Shown: positions 1-12,050, numbered from the stretch's first letter. The stretch is DNA of 64,000 bases from Chiloscyllium plagiosum (GCF_004010195.1 NC_057710.1:144196899-144260898), one strand, 5' to 3'. Translations and numbers: made by a program. Notes: a model not told the origin generated them from the sequence alone.

Positions 1-240
1 GGGGGGTAGATATTGGACTGAAGTTAGGGGTAGGTTCTTCACTCAGCGAGTCGTAAGTTCATGGAATGCCCTGCCAGTAGCAGTGGTGGACTCTCCCTCT
101 TTATGGGCATTTAAGCGGGCATTGGATAGGTATATGGAGGATAGTGGGTTAGTATAGGTTAGGTGGGCTTGGATCGGCGCAACATCGAGGGCCAAAGGGC
201 CTGTACTGCGCTGTATTCTTCTATGTTCTATGTTCTATGT
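1..240 (+). mobile_element. CR1-type LINE 3' end
   Basis: Encodes the ORF2 C-terminal motif FFTQRVVSSWNALP, then a 3' UTR with GGGCCTGTACTG and a (TTCTATG)n tail. Confidence 0.85.
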
Positions 241-619
241 AGAAAAGTGGCCTCACGTCACTATTGCAATGTTTTGGCCTCAGGTTAGTGGAAATCAATT
301 GTGATATTTGCTGCTGGTGCTCAGCAAGAAATTAAGTTAACAAGTTCAAGATACAGTGAGAAAACTTAAGAGAAAAGAAATTATCCATAGTGTTAGGTGC
401 ATTAGTCAGAGGGAAATAGGTCCGGTTGAGTTACTCTTTGGAGGGTCGGATAAAACATTTTTAAAAAGCATGAAAAAACCCAAAATTAATAAGGATGGAC
501 AATGTAATATTCAAGGAAAAGCTAGCCAGAAATATCAACACAGATAGTAAATGTTTTCTATAAATATCTCAAAAAGTGAGCATTCATCCTTCATTACATG
601 AGACTGGAGAATTAGTAAT

Positions 620-1535
620 GGATAAGAGTTAAATGACAGATGAATTGAACAGGTATTTTGCTTTAGTCTTCTCTGTAGAGGATGCAAGTCACAAAGCAGA
701 AGCAGCAATAAATCAGGAAATGGAAAGGAGGGAGGAACTTGGAAAACCACAATCACCAGGGAAGTGGTACTAAGTAAATTATACTTCAAGAGAGCTGAAA
801 AATGCTTAGTGTCTTGATGGACTTCATCCGAGGGTCTTAAAAAAGTCTTTGTTGAGATAGCTAGCACATTAGTTACAATTTTCTAAAACACCCTTCATTT
901 GAGAAAGATATTAGACTAGAAAATAGCAAATGGAGCTTCTTTATTAAAAGGGAAAAGACACAAAGCAGGAAACAGACCAGTTAGCCTAATACCTGTCACA
1001 GGGAATATATTGGGAGCTATTATTGAAGAAGCTATAGCAGGACACTTAGATAAGTTCACTGTACTCGAGGAGAATCATGTGGTTTAGTGAAAGGAAAATC
1101 ATATTTTGACCAACAGAGTTCTTTGAGGAGATAACACATTCTATGGCTAAAGTGAAATTAGTGGATATGTTGCACTTAGATTTTCAGATGGCCTTTGTTG
1201 AAGTGCCACATCAAAGGATATTGCAAATAATAGAAGCTGACAGTGTAGGGAATAAAAGAACCAGAGACGCGACATAAATGGGTCTCTATCAAGTCAGCAA
1301 TATGTAATGAATGGTGTGCAAAAAGGATCAGTGCTGGGACTTCAACTGTTGGCACTTCACATCATTTATTTGAATGAAGGTACAGAAAGTATGGTTGCAT
1401 GATGGCACAGATCTAGTTGGAGAGCAAATAGTGAAGAAGACATAAGGAAGCTAGAAAAGGATGTCAGTAAGTTAAATGAATGGGTAAGGATGTGACAAAT
1501 GGAATATAATGCGGGAGGATCTGAAATCTTTCACT
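620..1535 (+). mobile_element. Degenerate CR1 ORF2 reverse transcriptase
   Basis: Broken but recognisable motifs: LNRYFALVF, RPVSL, LDFQMAF.EVPH, GVQKGSVLG, QMEYN; many stops and frameshifts. Confidence 0.8.
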
Positions 1536-1701
1536 TACAACATAAGTTATCAGGCAGATGTTACAGCGAAGCAACTGATGTTTGTATATGCAACACGTAG
1601 ATGGACAGCAGCCTAAATGTCAACCAGTGAGATAATATTTTGTACAGACATCACATGGAGTCCTTACATATGGGTTCTCTTAAATATAATATACAATATA
1701 A

Positions 1702-3131
1702 AGTCATAGAGTCATAGAGATGTACAGCATGGAAACAGACCCTTCGCTCCAACCCGTCCATGCCGACCAGATATCCCAACCCAGTCTAGTCCCACCTGCC
1801 AGCACCTGGCCCATATCCCTCCAAACCCTTTCTATTCATATACCCATCCAAATGCTTCTTAAATGTTGCAATTGTACCAGCCTCCACCATATCCTCTGGC
1901 AGCTCATTCCATACACGTACCACCCTCTGCATGAAAAAGTTGCCCCTTAGGTCTCTTTTATATCTTTCCCCTCTCACCCTAAACCTATGCCTTCTAGTTC
2001 TGGACTCCCCGGCCCAGAGAAAAGACTTGGTCTATTTATCCTATCCATGCCCCTCATAATTTTGTAAACCTCTATGAGGTCACTCCTCAGCCTCCGACGC
2101 TCCAGGGAAAACAGCCCCAGCCTGTTCAGCCTCTCCCTGTAGCTCAGATAATCTAACCCTGGCAACATCCTTGTAAATCTTTTCTGAACTCTTTCAAGTT
2201 TCACAACATCTTTCCGATAGGAAGGAGACCAGAATTGCACACAATATTCCAACAGTGGCCTAACCAATGTCCTGTACAGCCAAAACATGACCTCCCAACT
2301 CCTGTACTCAATACTCTGACCAATAAATGAAAGCATTCCAAACACCTTCTTCACTATCCTATCTACCTGTGACTCCACTTTCAAGGAGCTATGAACCTGC
2401 ACTCCAAGGTCTCTTTGTTCCGCAACACTCCCTAGGACCTTACCATTAAGTGTATAAATCCTGCTAAGATTTGCTTTCCCAAAATGCAGCACCTCACATT
2501 TATCTGAATTAAACTCCATCTGCCACTTCTCAGCCCATTGGCCCATCTGGTCCAGATCCTGTTGTAATCTGAGGTAACGCTCTTCGCTGTTCACTACACC
2601 TCCAATTTTGGTGTCATATGCAAACTTACTAACTGTCCCTCTTATGCTCACATCCAAATCATTTATGTAAATGACAAAAGGTAGAGGGTCCAGCACCGAT
2701 CCTTTTGGCACTCCACTGGTCACAGGCCTCCAGTCTGAAAAACAACCCTCCACCACCACCCTCTGTCTTCTACCTTCGAGTCAGTTCTGTATCCAAATGG
2801 CTAGTTCTATGAAATCTAACCGTTGCTAATCAGTCTCCCATAGGGAACCTTGTCAAACACCTTACTGAAGTCCATATAGATCACATCTAAAACAACCCTC
2901 CACCACCACCCTCTGTCTTCTACCTTCGAGCCAGTTCTGTATCCAAATGGCTAGTTCTCCCTGTATTCTATGAAATCTAACCGTTGCTAATCAGTCTCCC
3001 ATGGGGAACCTTGTCAAACACCTTACTGAAGTCCATATAGATCACATCTACTGCTCTGCCCTCATCAATTTTCTTTGTTACTTCTTTAAAAAACTCAATC
3101 AAGTTTGTGAGACATGATTTCCCACGCACAA
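1702..3131 (-). mobile_element. Young 5'-truncated CR1 (HER1-like) LINE
   Basis: RT motifs in ORFs 1974-2759 and 1786-1977; (CTCTATGA)n tail at about 1702; internal tandem duplication at 2740-3050. Confidence 0.95.
1974..2759 (-). pseudogene. CR1 ORF2 RT fragment (261 aa)
   Basis: SGVPKGSVL, YINDLD, QMEFNSDKC, LVRPLLEYCVQFWSP. The catalytic FADD reads FAYD, so it is probably inactive. Confidence 0.9.
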
Positions 3132-4304
3132 GAGTATGAATGTATAGCAGAACTTTATCATAAACTCAAATGTTAAAGATTCACCTACTATTTCACCTTA
3201 GTGTAGGTTGTGTTACAATTATTCTTGACTCTCATTAATTTAAAGTGTAAAGACTAACTTACTTTGCTCCCAGGGAAATTCTTGTCATTCCTGAACAAAC
3301 TGTAGTTATTTGTGACCTTCAGCTTAAACACAAGTAGAGAAATGAAGCATGTAAGGAGTTTTTTTCAGACTCTCTCCTTTGAAGCAGTTCCCTGTTTTGT
3401 GGTTGAAAGCTTAGCTGCTGTTTCCTGGTCGAGTTCAGTTCTTGCTGCTCTTACAGACCTATTTCCAGTTGTGGCAGCAACCATTACATTACTCATCCTC
3501 CTTATGGGCTCAATACCTGAGCTCGCTGCCTCACCGCAATCTCGTCTGCCAATTAGTTCAGTTGCTATTAGCAAGCTCTGACTCTGCTTACCTACCAATC
3601 AAGCAAAGCACAAACTGCATGAAATGGGAAGAGAAGTAAAATATTTTTTCTGCAAGAGCCTCCTGATGGTACTCAAACAATGCTGGAACTAACTGTTTTT
3701 ATCAAGGTTCTGATAACCTGCTGAGCTTCTTAGAATGGAAAGGCAGTAAACGGCATTTCTATGAAAAGCAAAAATATACAAAATTAGTCCCATCTTTGCA
3801 TGAGACAGGCACTTGTCTTCTTTCTTTCCTCCTTGAGGTACTCGAACATATGGTGTCAAAATAATAATGTGATTGTTGAAATACTTTAGGGCATATAGAC
3901 CTGCTAACAAGTTACACCAATTAACAAAAACATGAATATGTTTCCAAGTTCAGTCAAGTCCTTGGCATTGTTCATTCGATCTTGGAGAAAGTTCCTACAG
4001 CAATAAGTTGCATTTGTAAAGGATCTCAGAAGTAGAAAAGCACCCAAGCATACCCCAGCACACTTTCCAGAGTCATGTTCAATAACATGGACACCAGAGT
4101 CAAAAGAGATGTCAACCGGACCAGGTGCCAGTTAGTCTGCTGGGGTTTTTTCCAAGTTGCATGCACAGTAATCAGTTGGTTTGCTATAAAGTTTACTTCA
4201 TAACTTAAAATAAAATAACCCACAATTGTAATCAATCTCCAACAAGTGATTGATAACTGGACCAACATTATTAACATTATTATGACAATATTGGCCAAGT
4301 GAAC

Positions 4305-4510
4305 CTTACCAATTTTGATGCTGGTTGAGGGTTAACTATTGGCCAGGACAATGAAAGAACTTCGGCATAATGCCATGGCATCTTTTGTATCACCAGAGCA
4401 GATAGATGTGACCTCAGATTAAAATCTACATCTGAAGACAGCGTGCAATGATTACTCCATGCTGCACTGGAGCATCAGCCTAGACATCTGTGCCCACTGT
4501 GGAGGCTGGT
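4305..4510 (-). mobile_element. Deu-domain SINE relic (SacSINE1-like)
   Basis: TGGTTGAGGGTTAACTATTGGCCAGGACA...TGCCATGGCATCTTTT...CTGCACTGGAGCATCAGCCTAGA resembles the reverse complement of the DeuSINE core as I recall it. Confidence 0.65.
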
Positions 4511-5479
4511 ATTAAACGATCCAAAGATTAAACCTTTTGGCTGCAGGTGCTGTTTTTACTACATTCCACATGTTTCTAGAATTTATGTTACTGAAACAAA
4601 ATTCAGAAACGTCCTCTCACTGCACTGTGAATATGCTGACTACAGTTTTTATTGCCTTTCAGACTGTCAGTGAGACATGGACATGCTGCTTTCAGTCTGC
4701 TCTATAACTAGGACATAAGGGTAAACATATGGATTTCATCATCCAGTGTGCAGCAACTGAACGTCTGCTGGCCTCATGCAACTTCAAACAGTGTCACTAT
4801 AAATTCTTCAAACACACCTCAGTGACAAATCATCAGAGTTCTTTTTCTTCAACTCCTTCCATAATGAAAAAAAACAGATTTTTAAATGTTCAATGGGATA
4901 TTTTGCAATTCAAAAAGGAAAATAAACAACCTATGTGTTGACAGACTGTGGTTTTAATTGCAAAAAAAGACAAGCAGATGGTATGTTGCTTGAAGCATCA
5001 AGGTAAAAATACCTGAGTATGTGCACTCTCCTCCCATTGTAATGCAATGTTGACCTCGGGTACACAGTAAGAGCAGAGCATATAAATATTCAAGGGCTTC
5101 TCTGGAGAGATTATGTTTTCATTGTCAAGAGTCAGAGAATTTTGGGAAGACTGTTTTTGAAAAGTCAGCTCAACCTGATGGGAGCTCAAGTGCCTCATGG
5201 TGAGATCTGATGATTCCCAAATTGTTCCAGAAATAAATAACAGCAAGCAGCTCAAGCAAACTGAAATTGACGTATAACATGGGCAGTTTGATTAGAAAGT
5301 GATTTTCTCAATAAAGAGCAAAGACAGAGCATCCTGTAATACCCACCGCACTGACTGTAAGAGGAATATGTTTTACTTGAAGTTTTATAGGTTATTGTGA
5401 GTTGCAATCTGAAGCATTTCAGATTTCACACAACAGCTTTCTTTAGGATGAAGTGCATATTGATTTTAGAAAGGATACA

Positions 5480-7850
5480 ATGTGAAGGGGAAACAGAGGG
5501 AGGTCATGGAGTATATTGGGATCAGTGACATAAATATAAATGGGTGACGTACTGCAGGCAGAATTTAAGGAGTTGTGAAATAAATTAAAGAACAGGACCC
5601 AAAGATAACAATTTCTGGTGCTCTGTACTAGTGAGTACTGTATAGAAATGAGGTTAGGCCAGATGGATGTGTGGCTGAAGGAATAGAGCAAAAGTGGGGG
5701 CTGGGACTATTTCTAGGGGTGGTGGGAAATGGTCAAGTCAGGCAGGTTGCACCTGAACTGAAATGGGATCAACATTGATAAGAAGGGCTCAAATTAGCAG
5801 AAACCTAGAGGAGCACAGAATGTTCAAGGGGAAACTTAAAAGTCAAGAGCAACAATGGTCATGAAAGAATACTGGCAGGTAAAATAAAGGAAAATCCTAA
5901 GTTATTTTGCAAGTACATTCAGGATAAATGGTTAACTTAAGAAAGAGTAGTGCCCATTAAGGACCACAGTGGTCAATTGTGCATGGAGCCAAAGAACATA
6001 GGAAAGGCTCGAAATGAATAGATTTTGTGTCAGTGTTCACAAGTGAGAGTGATGATGTAGGTATAGACAGGGAGAAGGACTGTGATTTACTTCAGGAAAT
6101 TAGCATTGACAGAGACGAAGTTCTGAATGGTCCAACAGGCTTAAAAATTAGATAAAGTTCCAGGGCTGAATGAAAGTACAACCGGGGGGCTGGAAGAACA
6201 CAGCACGCCAGGCAGATGGAGAAGTCAACATTTTGCACAATCCTTCTTGGACAGGTCGTGGGTTTATGGGGAGCTGCAGATAAAGGGATGGGGCGAGGAA
6301 ATGTTTTGGGTAGGGTCAGGGACACTGTGGTGAGGTAGGGATAGGTGAAAACAAGTAGGACATACAACCTGGTTGGTGGATGGGAGGAATGAATCTGGTT
6401 GGTAGCTGGAAGGAAGATCAGAGGAATGGAAGGGGGAAGGGGCTGGGAAGGGAGTTGGGGGATGGGAAAGTAGGTTATTTGAAATTGGAGAACTCAATGT
6501 TGCAATCTCTAGGCCATAAACTGACCAGGCGCAAGATGAGGTGTTGTTCCTCCAATTTGCCTTCATCCCGGGCTGTTGAGTGAGAGGCAAAGACGAAAGT
6601 AGCAGGGGTGTTGACAATAATATTCAGTTCCTTTCTGGCCACAGGAAAGGTGACAGACAACTAGAGGACAGTCAGTGTGGTGCTGTTGTTCAAAAAGAGA
6701 GCAAGGAATAATCCGGGAAAATGCAGGCCAGTCAGTCTAATCTCAGTGGTGGGGAAACTGTTGGCAGTAATTCTAAGGAACAGAACTAATCTGTAGTTAG
6801 AGAGGTAGGGACTAACCAAGAATAGTCAGCATGGTTTTGCTAGGAGGAGGTCATGTCTGACCAATTTGATTGAATTTTTTGAAGAGGCAACCAAGTGTTT
6901 CAGTGAGGGCAATACATTTGATGTCATCTAATTGGACTTCAAGGTTTTAATAAGGTCCTCCATGGGGGACTGAGAGTGAAAGTAAAAGCCCACTAGATCT
7001 AAGGAAATGTGGCATGTTTGCTGATGGCAGCAAGCAAAGGATGATGGCTGAGAGGTGGTTTTTGTGACTGGAACACTTTGTCCAATGGGGTTCTGTAGAG
7101 ATCAGCGTCAGGCCCTTTGCTTTCATGATGGTATACATAAGTGTTTCAGGCTTGAATGTAGGAGTCATGAACAGTACGTTTGTAAATGCTATGAAAATTG
7201 GTTGAGTGTTAAATAGTGAAGAGGATGGGCAGATCAATGACAAATGGAATGCAATCTGGAAAAGAGTGAGGTAATGCACTTGGGCAGGACAAATAAGACA
7301 AGGGAAAACATGAGGGTCAGAGGGACCTTCATGTGTAAATCCACCAGTCCCATAAGAAAGTAGAACTGGTAGATAAAGTAGTTCAGAAGATGGGAAATTT
7401 ACCTTTATTAGCCAAGGCAAAACATTAAAGAGCAAAGAGGTGATACTGAACTATATCAAATATTCATTAGGCCACAGCTACAGTTTTGTGAGGGATTCTA
7501 GAATCCATATTATGGGAGAGATGCAATTGCTCTAGAGAGGGTATGGGGAGACTTATCAGGATGTTGCCTGGGCTGGAGAGTTTTAGTACTCAAGAGAGAT
7601 TGGACTGATTCTGGTTGTTTTCCTTGGAGCAGAGGAGAGTGAGGGGCTGTGTGGAACTCACTGCCTGTAAAAAAGTTTGGGACAGAAACTTTATAGCATT
7701 TAAGGAGTAGTTAGATATACATTTGTGATGCCAAGGCATACATGACTATGGACCAAGTGCTGTGAAATGGGATGAGAACAGTTAGGTGGTTGCTTTTGAC
7801 TAGTGCAGACTTGATGGACCAAAGTATATTTTTCTGTACGGTAGTGTTGT
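5480..7850 (+). mobile_element. Old CR1 LINE: ORF1 esterase remnant plus ORF2 RT, interrupted by a PLE fragment
   Basis: ORF1-like IGISDI, EFKEL and LHLN.NGINI at 5500-5780; ORF2 KIKENPK..KY, RPVSLISVVGKLL, SQHGF, CLTNLIEFFE. Confidence 0.8.
6185..6575 (-). mobile_element. Penelope-like element 3' fragment
   Basis: Encodes KLEEQHLILRLVSLWPRDCNIEFSNF, matching the C-terminus of the ORF at 10535-11146, followed by a pyrimidine-rich UTR and the PLE terminal repeat. Confidence 0.8.
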
Positions 7851-8285
7851 AGAGCTATCGAGTCAGACAGCACGGAAACAGACCCTTCAGTCCAACCACA
7901 ATCCCAAACTAAACGAGTCCCACCTGAATGTACTTGGCCCATATCCCTCCAAACATTTCTTATTCGTGTACTTGTCTAAATGTCTTTGAAATGTTGTAAC
8001 TGCACCCACAACCACCACTTCCCCTGGATATTCATTCCACACATGACCACACTGTGCAAAAAAGTTGCCCCTCGTGACTTATTTAAATCTTTCACCTCTG
8101 ACCTTAAAAATATGCCCCCTTGCCATGAACTCCCCCACCTGAGAGAAAAGATACCCACCATTCATCTTATCTTGTGTCGCATTATTTTATAAACCTCTCT
8201 GAGGTCACCTCTCAGACTCCCATGCTCCAGTGAAAGAAGTTCCAGCCTATCCAGCCTCCCTCTATAACCCAATCCTTGAGATAAC
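7851..8285 (-). mobile_element. CR1 3' fragment
   Basis: YRGRLDRLELLSLE..LRGDLREVYKIM; 3' UTR GGGTCTGTTTC. Confidence 0.85.
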
Positions 8286-8999
8286 ATTTGACAGATATGT
8301 GCAAAACCATGAGACAAAGCAGATAGAAAGAAACTGCTGTCATTGATGGAAGAGCTCTGAACAAGAAAACACTGATTAAAAGGGATAAGCAAAAGGGTGA
8401 CTGTTGGGATGAGGAAAATACTTCTTTGTGCAGCAAATGGTTCCGATCTGGAATAAACTGCCTCTGGAGGAAGCAGATTCAATCACGGCTTGAAAACTTG
8501 AAAGCAAAATTCAAAATGTAGCAATTTTGTAAATCACAATTTGTTGGAAATTGGGGTCCCTGTTTAAAAGTAAGCACTTGTAGTATTTCACACATGGTTT
8601 TACTGTAGTAACTAGCCTTCTACAAGTGTAAATAGAAGCTTTGTCAGGTACTACACTACTCCATTATGAATACAGTGTTTAGAAAATATGAAGGTTTTCA
8701 TTCTTAGATGAAGTGAAAATGAACTTTCAAATGGAGGGAGGCAAGGGGACATCAGTCATCCTGACATCATCAGGAGCTATCCCATAGTCATTAACTGAGA
8801 GAGGATTTCGATGGGTGATTGGCTCAGCAAAGTTGGCCAGCCCCTAAAATAAGGTACATCAGCTGGGGATGGGTGTGAGCAGAGAGCAGGACAGAGAGAG
8901 TCCAAGGGAGTATGCTACCTTCTTCTTGAGAGAAGGACAAGGGCTCCCCCTACATCAGCTCCAGGGATGGACAAACACTGTTAGTACCAAAGACCACCA

Positions 9000-9390
9000 A
9001 AGTCTGCATGATATTAGGGATGAATGCCTCCACCACATCAAAACCACTACCCTGCCGCTCCATTCTACAGAACATCTTCAGGATCATTGACTACCTTCAG
9101 AATGCACAGCAGAAACAGACACCACCTTCCAAACCCAGGATCACTTCCATTTAGATGGACAAGACCACTAGATAAGTGAGAACACCACTATTTGCAAGAT
9201 CTCCTCCAATCCCCTCACCATCCTGACTCGGAAATATATCACTGTATTTCACGAAGGCTGCGTAAAACTCCCAGAATTCCCTCCCTAAGGGTATTGGGGT
9301 CAACCCCCAGCAGGTGGACTGCAGCAGTTCAAAAGGTAGCTCACCACCAGCTTCTCAAGGGCAACACCCACAGCCTATGAGTGAATAAAA
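9000..9390 (+). mobile_element. CR1/L2-group LINE (family 2) 3' fragment
   Basis: Tail GGACTGCAGCAGTTCAAAAGGTAGCTCACCACCAGCTTCTCAAGGGCAA, shared with copies at 14750, 17520 and 18690. Confidence 0.7.
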
Positions 9391-9404
9391 AATATGGTCA
9401 GTAG

Positions 9405-9870
9405 TTAGGGCCCAAGCACCAATCCCTATAGTACCCCACTAGGCACTGCCTGCCACTCAGAGAAAGATTCATCTATTCCCACCCTCTTTTTCCTGTCTAT
9501 CAACTCATACTCAATCCATGCAAATACATTATTCCATTTCCTGTATGCTTAAAACTTTACTCACTAATCTTTATGAGGCAACTTATCGAAAACCTTCTGA
9601 AATTCCAAATACACCACATCCACTGGTTGGCTTTATTTATTCTATGAGCTACATCTTCAAAATCCAATAGATTTGTAAAATATGATTTGCCTTTCATAAA
9701 TCCCCACTGGCTTTGTGCAATCCTGTTAATGTTTTCAAATGTTCTGTAATCACATTTTTACAATATGCTCCAGTAAATTGCTCATGACTGATGTTAGTCT
9801 GACTGGTCATATTTCTGTTATTCATCCCCTTCTCTTTTTAATTAGTGAGGTTGCATTTGCCACCATCCAA
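9405..9870 (-). mobile_element. Degenerate CR1 RT fragment
   Basis: Reverse strand encodes PVDVVYLEFQKVFDKLPH and WQAVPSGV..GLVLGP. Confidence 0.8.
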
Positions 9871-10504
9871 TGGTGATTGACGCTGGAACTTGGGGGTAGA
9901 TGCAAATTTGTTTCAGGACTGTGAGTCAAGAATGCAGAACCCTGTGCAGTAGTTCTCTAAGAAACTACACCAGTATCAGAGGAAGCACTCTAACGGTGAA
10001 AGGGACTTTGGGATTATTATTGACTCTTCAACATTTTGTCCAACACAATAAAAGAGAACTATTAATCGATGCTGACAATAATTATCTGGCATTCATTGTA
10101 AAGCTTAAAATTAGAAATGCAAGACCATTCAGACAGAATCTTTTATTTCAATTATTTAATGTAAAGATTATTCCTATTGTTGGAGAAAATTATGTAATTG
10201 CAGCTGCATTGTCCTGAGTATAAAGTAACAGAACATGTTAAAGGGTTTAAAAAATACTCAGGGTATATAAGGTTATACAAGAAAGAATGCCGTAAGTTTT
10301 GCCTTTTATTGCTTATGGACTACATATCCTGTAATGAAACACATTTATGAAATGGCATTTTCTCTCGTAATATTAGGGTCATGGAAAGACTGCTTCCTTT
10401 TATCATAGGAGAAAGTGAGGGCTGCAGATGCTGGAGATCAGAGCTGAAAATGTGTTGCTGGAAAAGCGCAGCAGGTCAGGCAGCATCCAAGGAGCAGGAG
10501 AATC

Positions 10505-10532
10505 GACGTTTCGGGCATAAGCCCTTCTTCAG
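10505..10532 (-). ncRNA. Minimal hammerhead ribozyme motif
   Basis: Reverse strand reads CTGAAGA-A-GGGC-TTAT-GCCC-GAAA-CG-TC. The sense copy at 11303-11330 has a mutated helix II. Confidence 0.7.
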
Positions 10533-10534
10533 GA

Positions 10535-11146
10535 ATGAGGAATGTTTTCCAAACAGACCCCACCACCAAGGATATATTTCCCTCCCCTACCCTATCAGCA
10601 TTCCGGAAAGAACACTCCCTCCGTGACTCCCTCGTCAGGTCCACACCCCCCACCAACCCAACCTCCACCCCCGGCACCTTCCCCTGCAACTGCAAGAAAT
10701 GCAAAACTTGCACCCACACCTCCCCCCTCACTTCCCTCCAAGGCCCCAAGGGATCCTTCCATATCCATCACAAATTCACCGGCATCTCCACACACATCAT
10801 TTACTGCATCCACTGCACCCGATGTGGCCTCCTCTACATTGGGGAGACAGGCCGCCTACTTGTGGAACGTTTCAGAGAACACCTCTGGGACACCCGGACC
10901 AACCAACCCAACTGCCCCTTGGCTGAACACTTTAACTCCCCCTCCCACTCCACCAAGGACATGCAGGTCCTTGGCCTCCTCCATCGCCAGACCATGGCAA
11001 CACGACGCTTGGAGGAAGAGCACCTCATCTTCTGCCTAGGAACCCTCCAACCACAAGGGATGAATGCAGATTTCTCCAGCTTCCTCATTTCCCCTCCCCC
11101 CATCTTATCTCAGTCCCAACCCTCGGACTCAGCACCACCTTCTTGA
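10535..11146 (+). CDS. PLE GIY-YIG endonuclease C-terminal portion (no RT; probably not expressed)
   Basis: CNCKKCKTC linker, HIIYCIHCTRCGLLYIGETGR (GIY-YIG), RFREH, HFNSPSH, LGTLQPQGMN; 203 codons open. Confidence 0.8.
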   Translation: MRNVFQTDPTTKDIFPSPTLSAFRKEHSLRDSLVRSTPPTNPTSTPGTFPCNCKKCKTCTHTSPLTSLQGPKGSFHIHHKFTGISTHIIYCIHCTRCGLLYIGETGRLLVERFREHLWDTRTNQPNCPLAEHFNSPSHSTKDMQVLGLLHRQTMATRRLEEEHLIFCLGTLQPQGMNADFSSFLISPPPILSQSQPSDSAPPS

Positions 11147-11393
11147 CCTGCAATCTTCTTCCCGACCTCTTCGCCCCTACCCCCTCTCTGGCCTATCACC
11201 CTCACCTTAACCTCCTTCCACCTATCGCGTTCCCAATGCCCCTCTCCCACGTCCCTCCTCCCTACCTTTTATCTTAGCCTGCTTGGCACACCTTCCTCAT
11301 TCCTGAAGAAGTGCTTATACCCGAAACGTCAATTCTCCTGCTCCTTGGATGCTGCCTGACCTGCTGCGCTTTTCCAGCAACATATTTTTCAGC

Positions 11394-11528
11394 ATAATGT
11401 TAGGTGCATTAGTCAGGGGTAAATAAAGTGTAGGGGAATGGGACTGGGTGTGTTGCTTTTCAGATGGTCAGTGTGGACTTGGTGGGCTGAAGGGCCAGTC
11501 TCCATACTGTAAGAAATCTAATCTAATC
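11394..11528 (+). mobile_element. V-SINE (HE1-like) 3' half
   Basis: GTTAGGTGCATTAGTCAG...GAAGGGCC...(AATCT)n tail. Confidence 0.85.
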
Positions 11529-11611
11529 ATGGTGATAGGCTAATTTCTGGAAGCATTCTCTTTTGCGGTTGGTAGAGATAGCTATCTTAGATTATCTTAG
11601 CCATTTTAGAG

Positions 11612-12050
11612 GAGCTGCTGGCCTAGTGATGTTGTCACAGAGCTAGCAAACCACAGACCCAAGCTGATTATCTGGGGATACAGGTTCAAAATGGTGAAAC
11701 TTAGAAGGCAGCTTACCAATACCTTCTCAAAGGCAACTAGGGTTGGGGACTAAATGCTGGCCAGTCAGCAACACTCATGCCCCAAGAGAGAATTAAAAAA
11801 AAATTGACCCATGAATTAAAAGTTAGCCTAATGATAACAGTACAACTATTGTTAATTGTTGTGAACATCCATCTGGTTCATTAATATCCTTTAATGTCCA
11901 CTAATAGCAAGCTTAGTCTGACATACGTAGGACTCCACCTCAATAGCAATGTGGTTGACTCTAACCTTCCCTCTGAAGTGGCCCGAGCAAACCAATCAGT
12001 TAAAGTGTGCAACAAATGCTGCCCAGCCAGTGACTCTCAAATCAATTCCA
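11612..12050 (+). mobile_element. Second SINE family (tRNA-like head, tail resembling LINE family 2), degenerate
   Basis: GGCCTAGTG...GGTTCAAA head; CCATCTGGTTCATTAAT and GCAATGTGGTTGACTCT also occur at 56100-56310. Confidence 0.6.

Larger units (their letters stand above)
10407..11393 (+). mobile_element. Penelope-like element (Neptune-type), 5'-truncated, with inverted terminal repeat
   Basis: GIY-YIG ORF flanked by about 100 bp inverted repeats (10443-10542 vs 11293-11393). Confidence 0.92.

Noticed and set aside
10542-11039. Proline-rich 165 aa ORF and other overlapping ORFs
   Set aside because: Alternative frames of the C-rich PLE endonuclease sequence.
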